A stretch of DNA of 64,000 bases from Dehalococcoidia bacterium (lineage in GTDB: Bacteria > Chloroflexota > Dehalococcoidia > UBA2979): positions 96,001 through 160,000 of the forward strand of contig CAXXDN010000002.1 in NCBI GenBank assembly GCA_963667465.2, in the 5' to 3' direction. Within the stretch, counting starts at the first letter, position 1, and each line of letters starts with the position of its first letter. The translations under genes and the position numbers were made by a program. Of the stretch, positions 58,369 to 64,000 are shown piece by piece. The notes below the pieces were generated by a model. The model made no database searches. It saw nothing but the letters and a program-made list of their open reading frames with translations, and was not told the DNA's origin.

Positions 58369-59130
58369 CTACAGCTCGATCAGGCCGCCGTCGACGCCGA
58401 GCTCGACGCCCAGCACGTAGGACGAGTCGTCCGAGGCGAGGAAGAGGGCTGCCTTCGCGATCTCGTCGGGCGTGCCCTCGCGGCGCATCGGGATGAGGCG
58501 GCGGCTGATGAAGTCGCGCGTCTCCTCGGTCATCGTCGTCGAGAGGATCGGCGTGTCGATCAGGCCGGGGCGGATCGCGTTGACGCGAATGCCGCGCCTC
58601 AGCAGCCCCGCGCCGAGCGAGCGCGTGAGCGACCTCGCCGCGGCCTTCGAGGCGCCGTAGACCGCGCCCTCGGCGTAGCCCTGCTGGTCCGCGCCCGAGG
58701 TCATGATCACTATCGAGCCGCCGTCGTTCATGCGCGGCGCGGCCTTCTGGACCGTGAAGAACACCGACTTGAAGTTCAGCGCCGCGACCGCGTCGAAGTC
58801 CTCCTCGGTCACCTCGAGGAAGGGCTGCGGCGGGTTGTCCCCGCCCGCGTTCACGACCACGACGTCGATCGGCCCCAGTTTCGCCGCGGCCTCCTCGAAG
58901 AGCCGCTCGAGCTCGTCGACGCTGGTGACGTCGCAGGGGATGGTGATCGCCCGGTCGCCGAGGGCGACCGAGGCGGCGTCGAGCCGGCGCGGGTCACGCC
59001 CGCAGACGGCGACGCGTGCGCCCTCGGCAAGAAACAGGCGCGCAACGGCGAGGCCGATCCCGCTCGTCCCGCCGGTGACGACGGCGACCTTGCCTTCGAG
59101 CTTGCCGCCTCGCGCGCCCTCTGTCGCCAT
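58369..59130 (-). CDS. SDR family oxidoreductase
   Basis: TGGTSGIG, NAG, YGASK, IRVNAIRPG.IDT, VDGG. Confidence 0.93.
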   Translation of the reverse strand: MATEGARGGKLEGKVAVVTGGTSGIGLAVARLFLAEGARVAVCGRDPRRLDAASVALGDRAITIPCDVTSVDELERLFEEAAAKLGPIDVVVVNAGGDNPPQPFLEVTEEDFDAVAALNFKSVFFTVQKAAPRMNDGGSIVIMTSGADQQGYAEGAVYGASKAAARSLTRSLGAGLLRRGIRVNAIRPGLIDTPILSTTMTEETRDFISRRLIPMRREGTPDEIAKAALFLASDDSSYVLGVELGVDGGLIEL

Positions 59131-59184
59131 CTCGCCACCTTCCGCGGCGCCGAACGGGCATCAGCGTGCAGACCCCTCTAGCAG

Positions 59185-59736
59185 TTACGCGTCTGTCCCG
59201 TAGACCGCGTCGAGTTGCGCCTTGATAGCCGCTGGTAGGCGAAGCGCGGGGCCCTGTTGGTCTTGCAGGAGTGCCAGGATCGCCACCGCGTCACTCGGCG
59301 TGTGGGACGCTACCCATCGGGCAAACCGCTCGTAGCTCCAGGTCCACCGGAATGCCCGCACCTGGACGAAGCGAGCACTCTCCTCAAGCGTGAAGGAGTC
59401 ATTGGCCACACCTAGCGCGAAGACCGCAAGCTCTGTGTCTGACGCAACGCAGTAGAAGTCGTTGATGTACAGGAAGCCAAGCATCGCTGCCAGGGCGAGT
59501 CGCTTGTTTCCGTCTACGTAGGCGTGCCCTTTGTTCAGGTGGTAGTGGAGAGCCGCCGGCTTGGTTTGGGCAGTCCGGTAGTAGCGCCACTGCGGCTGAC
59601 CGAGAGCCGAGAGGAGGCGCCCCTTACCTGCATCTCCTGCGAGTTGGAATGCAGGCGTGTCGGGGAACAGGCGCGCAGTCAAACCCTCGATGATGTCGTC
59701 GATATCGGCTTCGTCGAGATATCTTAGGCGACTCAG
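59185..59736 (-). CDS. Doc (Fic/DOC) toxin
   Basis: HAYVDGNKR; frame extends to an RYL N-terminus and a CTG overlapping the upstream TGA; ORF track starts at 59682. Confidence 0.8.
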   Translation of the reverse strand: MSRLRYLDEADIDDIIEGLTARLFPDTPAFQLAGDAGKGRLLSALGQPQWRYYRTAQTKPAALHYHLNKGHAYVDGNKRLALAAMLGFLYINDFYCVASDTELAVFALGVANDSFTLEESARFVQVRAFRWTWSYERFARWVASHTPSDAVAILALLQDQQGPALRLPAAIKAQLDAVYGTDA

Positions 59737-59915
59737 TGCTTCTCAAGCTCCTTCAGCACGCCCTTGTGCCTCCGGACGATGTCGCCGACTGCATCCTTGA
59801 CGGTGCGTGGAGTCCGCACCTCGGCGTGGCCTGCTCCCGCGTTCCTAGCGGTGCGCGGCGAAACGCGGCGTTGTGGCTCTACCGGCTGTCTGGCCATCTG
59901 ACCACCCCTTGGCAT
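59733..59915 (-). CDS. Putative small antitoxin for Doc
   Basis: 60 aa ending IVRRHKGVLKELEKH, like the C-termini of Doc-associated antitoxins; overlaps toxin start. Confidence 0.65.
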   Translation of the reverse strand: MPRGGQMARQPVEPQRRVSPRTARNAGAGHAEVRTPRTVKDAVGDIVRRHKGVLKELEKH

Positions 59916-59954
59916 CCGTCAGGCTACTAGCTTACCACCAGGAGTCATGCTGCC

Positions 59955-60836
59955 CTACAGCAGCCCGGCGCTCCGCAGTTGCTCCAGGCAGGTCTCGCCG
60001 ATCTGCGAGGGGGAGTCGGCGACCATCGCGCCGGCCTCTCGCAGGGCGGCCTTCTTGGCGTCGGCGGTGCCGGCCTTGCCGGCGATGATCGCGCCGGCGT
60101 GGCCCATGCGACGGCCGGGCGGGGCCGTCGCGCCCGCGATGAAGGCGGTGACCGGCTTCGACATCTGCGCGACGTAGGCCGCGGCCTCCTGCTCGGCGGT
60201 GCCGCCGATCTCTCCGATCAGCACGACCGCCGCCGTGTCCGGGTCCGCCTCGAACAGCGCCAGCGCCTCGGCCTGCGTGGTGCCGATGATCGGGTCGCCG
60301 CCCACACCGACGCTCGAGGACTGGCCGATGCCGGCTCGCGTCAGCTGGTCGACAGTCTCGTAGACGAGCGTGCCGGAGCGCGAGATTACGCCCACGCTGC
60401 CCTCGAGGTAGACGTCGGTCGGCATGATGCCGGCGCGGGCGCGAGCCGCCGGCGTGATGACGCCGGGGCAGTTGGGGCCGATCAGCGTCGTCTCCATGCC
60501 CTGCAGCGCGCGCTTCACGCGCACCATGTCCTGGACCGGAATGCCCTCGGTGATGCAGATCGCGACGGGGATGCCGGCGTCCGCTGACTCGAGGATCGCG
60601 TCGGCGGCGAAGGGCGCCGGCACGAAGATCAGCGAGACGTTCGCACCGAACTCGTCGACGGCCTCGCGCACGGTGTTGCGGATCGGCGTGTCCTCGAGGA
60701 CCTGGCCGCCGCGGCCGGGCGTGACGCCACAGACGATCTGCGTGCCGTACTCGCGGCTGGTCTTCGCCTCGCGCTGCCCGGCGCCGCCGAAGCCCTGGAT
60801 GACGACGCGGCTGTTCTCGTCCAGCAGTACGCCCAC
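59955..60836 (-). CDS. sucD: Succinyl-CoA ligase alpha subunit
   Basis: GVTPG.GG, ITEGIP, IGPNCPG, SRSGTL, GEIGG, RMGHAGA. Confidence 0.96.
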   Translation of the reverse strand: MGVLLDENSRVVIQGFGGAGQREAKTSREYGTQIVCGVTPGRGGQVLEDTPIRNTVREAVDEFGANVSLIFVPAPFAADAILESADAGIPVAICITEGIPVQDMVRVKRALQGMETTLIGPNCPGVITPAARARAGIMPTDVYLEGSVGVISRSGTLVYETVDQLTRAGIGQSSSVGVGGDPIIGTTQAEALALFEADPDTAAVVLIGEIGGTAEQEAAAYVAQMSKPVTAFIAGATAPPGRRMGHAGAIIAGKAGTADAKKAALREAGAMVADSPSQIGETCLEQLRSAGLL

Positions 60837-60837
60837 G

Positions 60838-62004
60838 TTATGCTCCCTCGCCTGCCGCCTCGACGGACTTGCGCGCGGCGTCGGCGAAGCCGTCCGCGCG
60901 GATCAGATCGATGCCCGATTCGTCGAGGATGCGCGTGCCCTCCTCGACGTTGGTGCCGGCCAGCCGCACGACCGTTGGCTGCGGGATCAGGCCGCCGCGC
61001 CTGGCCTGCACCACGCCCTCCGCGATCACGTCGGTGCGCGCGAGGCCGCCGAAGATGTTGACCAGCACGGCCTTCACGTCCGGGTCGGCGCCGATCAGCC
61101 GCAGCGCGGTGACGATCGCCTCCGGGTCGTTCGCGGTGCCGATGTCGAGGAAGTTCGCTGGCTCGCCGCCCTCGAACTTGATCGCGTCCATCGTCGCCAT
61201 CGCGAGACCGGCGCCGTTGACCATGCAGCCGATGTCGCCGTCCAGCTTGACGTAATTCTGCACGCCGGCCTCTTCCGCCTCGACCTCGAGCGCGTCGTCC
61301 TGCGACTTGTCGCGCAGCTCGGCGAGGTCGCGATGCCGGAAGTCGGCGTCGTCGTCGATGCTGAACTTGGCGTCGACGGCGAGCAGCTTGCCGTCGCCGG
61401 TGACGACGAGCGGGTTAATCTCGGCGAGCGAGCCGTCGTTCTCCTCGAAGGCCCGGGCGAGAGCGGAGATCAGCGCGACGGCGGGGCGGTTGAGGTCGCC
61501 ATCGAGGCCGGTCGCGAAGGCGAGGGCGCGCGCCTGGTAGCCCTGGAAGCCGCAGGCCGGGTCGATCGCCTGGCTGTGGATCTGGTCCGGCGTCTCCTCG
61601 GCGACCTGCTCGATGTCCATGCCGCCGGCCGCCGAGGCGATCATAACGGGCCGCCCGGACTGGTTGTCGATGACGGCGCCGAGGTAGAGCTCGCGGGCGA
61701 CGTCGATCTGCTCCTCGATGAGCACCGAGTTGATCGGCTGGCCCTGGGGGCTCTGGATGGTGACGAGGTTCGTGCCGAGCAGCTCCTCGGCGGCGGCGCG
61801 CGCCTCCCCGGCGGAGTTGGCGAGCTTGATGCCGCCCGCCTTGCCGCGTCCGCCGGCGTGCACCTGCGCCTTGACGACGACCTTGCCGCCGAGCTCCTCG
61901 GCGGCGGCGGCGGCTTCATCGGCGCTGCGGGCGACCTTGCCGCCTGGCGTGGGCACGCCGTAGCGCGCCAGTAGTTCCTTGGCCTGGTACTCGTGCAGCT
62001 TCAT
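60838..62004 (-). CDS. sucC: Succinyl-CoA ligase beta subunit
   Basis: MKLHEYQAK, KAQVHAGGRGKAGG, EINPL, NGAGLAMATMD, NIFGG, RLAGTN. Confidence 0.96.
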   Translation of the reverse strand: MKLHEYQAKELLARYGVPTPGGKVARSADEAAAAAEELGGKVVVKAQVHAGGRGKAGGIKLANSAGEARAAAEELLGTNLVTIQSPQGQPINSVLIEEQIDVARELYLGAVIDNQSGRPVMIASAAGGMDIEQVAEETPDQIHSQAIDPACGFQGYQARALAFATGLDGDLNRPAVALISALARAFEENDGSLAEINPLVVTGDGKLLAVDAKFSIDDDADFRHRDLAELRDKSQDDALEVEAEEAGVQNYVKLDGDIGCMVNGAGLAMATMDAIKFEGGEPANFLDIGTANDPEAIVTALRLIGADPDVKAVLVNIFGGLARTDVIAEGVVQARRGGLIPQPTVVRLAGTNVEEGTRILDESGIDLIRADGFADAARKSVEAAGEGA

Positions 62005-62065
62005 CGCGGGCTCCCGGTGCGGATGCGGGTGGGCGCGCCTCGTGGGTTTCGAGGCGGCGCGGCGG

Positions 62066-62093
62066 ATGGTAGCACCTGCCGGGTCGGGGGCAA
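62066..62093 (-). promoter_or_regulatory. Likely sucCD promoter
   Basis: TTGCCC-N16-TACCAT with extended -10 TG, about 60 nt upstream of sucC. Confidence 0.55.
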
Positions 62094-62110
62094 GGATCGG
62101 CTGCGGTCGC
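62070..62110. repeat. Left 41-bp direct repeat of the DUF3800 cassette
   Basis: TAGCACCTGCCGGGTCGGGGGCAAGGATCGGCTGCGGTCGC; 39/41 identical to 63152-63192. Confidence 0.95.
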
Positions 62111-62134
62111 GCGGCAGACTCAGGTCGCGCCACG

Positions 62135-62361
62135 CCTTGCTTGACCGGGCGTTCGGCAGCTCGGTACGTTCGATGCCTAACCAGGGCAGTGACAAGAGCC
62201 CCTAGGCTCTTTCGGCGCAAGCCGGATAACTGGCTTCTCTTGCTTCTCTCGACGTGCGCCAAGAGCGCCTTGACAGCGCTTGTCATGTGGGCAAGGATCG
62301 CCACGCAGGCGGCGATGCCTCTGCCTTTTTGCGGAGGTGTGGCTGCTAGCCCGTCGCCTGC
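62135..62361 (+). ncRNA. Candidate structured ncRNA upstream of DUF3800
   Basis: About ten nested or adjacent helices found by eye; many G-U pairs work only on the + strand. Confidence 0.6.
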
Positions 62362-62396
62362 CTTCACTACGCTCCCCACCTGACTTGGTCGACTGC

Positions 62397-63146
62397 ATGT
62401 ACTTGCTCTACCTGGATGAGTCTGGGTCGCGTCAGTCTGAGCACTTCGTGGTTGGCGGACTGACAGTTCATGAGCAGGACGCACACTTTGTCGGTCAGGC
62501 CGTGGACCGGCTGTTCCACAACCTCCCACCGGGGCTCGCTGGCAGCGAATTGCATGCTCAGCATATTCGCGGCGGGAAGAAGATCTGGCGGTCTGTAACC
62601 AAGGATGTCCGGCGAGAGCTCATCGATGATGTCGCAGAACTCCTGACCAGTGTGCCGCGCGGCGCGACGCAGTCCCCAGTCCTGTTTGCTGTCGTGATCC
62701 ACAAGTCCTCGTTCCCACACCACAACTCGTTTGAACGCGCATACGAGGAGTTCTTCGCGCGATGTAACGGCTATCTGGGGCGTCGTGCCTCCTTGGGGGA
62801 TCTTCATCGGTGCATCGCGATCGCGGATAGAAGCGGGATCGAGCCGCTTCTTCAGGACTTCATGCGTTCTTGGCGTGAGGAGGGGGCGTCGACGGGTGCG
62901 GCGATTGGCCCGATGGCTTCCTACGCCGAGGTTCCGCTGTTCGTTGACAGCACCGCCAGCAGGTTGGTGCAACTCGCGGACTTTGTCGCTCATTGGGTGT
63001 ACCGGGCGTACGAGTCCGGAGATGAGAGCGTCCTTGAGAGACTCCTGCCCGCCTTCGATGCTAGCGGCGGAACAATTCACGGGTTGGTCCACCTCGTCGA
63101 GCGGTATCGGGAGTGTTCGTGCGCGGCTTGCGTTTCCCGCCGATAG
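62397..63146 (+). CDS. DUF3800 domain protein (RNase H-like fold)
   Basis: MYLLYLDESG, FVVGG, ELH, IAD, PLFVDS..SRLVQLADFVA; C-terminal CSCAAC; lower GC than flanking genes. Confidence 0.88.
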   Translation: MYLLYLDESGSRQSEHFVVGGLTVHEQDAHFVGQAVDRLFHNLPPGLAGSELHAQHIRGGKKIWRSVTKDVRRELIDDVAELLTSVPRGATQSPVLFAVVIHKSSFPHHNSFERAYEEFFARCNGYLGRRASLGDLHRCIAIADRSGIEPLLQDFMRSWREEGASTGAAIGPMASYAEVPLFVDSTASRLVQLADFVAHWVYRAYESGDESVLERLLPAFDASGGTIHGLVHLVERYRECSCAACVSRR

Positions 63147-63151
63147 CTCCA

Positions 63152-63192
63152 TAGCACTTGCCGGGTCGGGGGCAAGGATCGGCTGCGGTTGC
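63152..63192. repeat. Right 41-bp direct repeat of the DUF3800 cassette
   Basis: TAGCACTTGCCGGGTCGGGGGCAAGGATCGGCTGCGGTTGC, 5 bp after the DUF3800 stop. Confidence 0.95.
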
Positions 63193-63240
63193 TGCGTTCG
63201 GTGCTTTCCCGGCAGCGCGCGGCCTCGTACCCTCGATGGC

Positions 63241-64000
63241 ATGCGGATGTCGCGGCTGTTCGGACGCACGCTGCGCCAGGCGCCCGCCGACGCGGAGACG
63301 GCGAGCCATCGGCTGCTGCTGCGCGCCGGCTGCATCGACCAGCTCATGGCCGGGGCCTACAGCTACATGCCCCTCGGCCGACGCGCCCGGCTCAAGGCCG
63401 AGAACGTCGTGCGCGAGGAGATGGACGCCGCCGGCGGGCAGGAGGTGCTGCTGCCCGCCATCCAGCCGGTCGAGCTGTGGCAGCAGAGCGGGCGCGAGGA
63501 GTCCTTCGGGCCCGTGCTCTTCCACCTCAACGACCAGCGCGGGCGCGGCCTCGTGCTCGGACCGACGCACGAGGAGGTAATCACCCGCCTCTTCGCCGAT
63601 CATTCCAGCTCCTACCGCGACCTGCCCGTCACGCTCTACCAGATCCAGACCAAGTTCCGCGACGAGGGCCGGCCGCGCGGCGGCCTGGTCCGCGTGCGCG
63701 AGTTCACGATGAAGGACGCCTACTCCTTCGATCTCGACGAGGACGGCCTGACCGATTCCTACGAGGCGATGTTCCAGGCCTACCGCCGCATCTTCGCCCG
63801 CTGCGGCGTGCCGACCGTCCCCGTCGAGGCGGACTCGGGCGCGATCGGCGGCAAGGGCTCGCAGGAGTTCATCTTCCTCAGCGAGGCCGGCGAGGACACC
63901 GTCGCGCTCTGCTCGGACTGCGGCTACGCCGCCAACACGGAGAAGGCCGCCTTCGTGCGCCCGCCCGCAGCTCCTGAGGACTCGCTCCCCGTTGAGGAGG
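63241..64000 (+). CDS. proS: Proline--tRNA ligase (truncated by window edge)
   Basis: MRMSRLFGRTLR, SHRLLLRAG, LGPTHEE, YQIQTKFRDE.RPR.GL.R.REFTMKDAYSF, DSGAIGG. Confidence 0.95.
   Translation, partial: MRMSRLFGRTLRQAPADAETASHRLLLRAGCIDQLMAGAYSYMPLGRRARLKAENVVREEMDAAGGQEVLLPAIQPVELWQQSGREESFGPVLFHLNDQRGRGLVLGPTHEEVITRLFADHSSSYRDLPVTLYQIQTKFRDEGRPRGGLVRVREFTMKDAYSFDLDEDGLTDSYEAMFQAYRRIFARCGVPTVPVEADSGAIGGKGSQEFIFLSEAGEDTVALCSDCGYAANTEKAAFVRPPAAPEDSLPVEE

Noticed and set aside
59167-59963. Degenerate direct repeat around the doc cassette (TGCAGACCCCTCTAGCAG vs TGCTGCCCTACAGCAG)
   Set aside because: Short and gapped; not distinguishable from chance by eye.
62264-62280. tRNA anticodon-arm mimic AGCGC-CTTGACA-GCGCT
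   Set aside because: There is no D arm, T arm or acceptor stem, and it competes with longer helices; TTGACA could equally be a -35 box.

Overview
High-GC bacterial chromosomal segment. Gene content (many F420/LLM oxidoreductases, CaiB/BaiF CoA-transferases, enoyl-CoA hydratases, short EF-Ts, MEP pathway) suggests a Chloroflexota/Dehalococcoidia-like organism; this is an inference, not a search result. The backbone carries argC, a liv-type ABC transporter, two tRNA-Ser genes, rpsB-tsf-frr-uppS-cdsA-dxr-rseP-ispG (no pyrH), nadA-nadB-HAD-nadC-kinase with nrtR nearby, miaB, sucCD and the start of proS. About nine small islets with no integrase or transposase interrupt it: Fic, two vapBC, two higBA, a doc pair, PIN and NYN remnants, and DUF3800. 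The most notable feature is a ~1.1-kb cassette between sucC and proS. It holds a ~230-nt densely base-paired candidate ncRNA followed by a DUF3800 (DESG...QLAD) gene, is bounded by a 41-bp direct repeat of the sucC promoter, and the RNA itself contains a 12-nt copy of the repeat core. A higBA cassette at the rseP 3' end has the same architecture (44-bp duplication, cargo stop abutting the repeat). Short tandem duplications over stop codons elsewhere may be related scars. All product calls come from motif recognition by eye.
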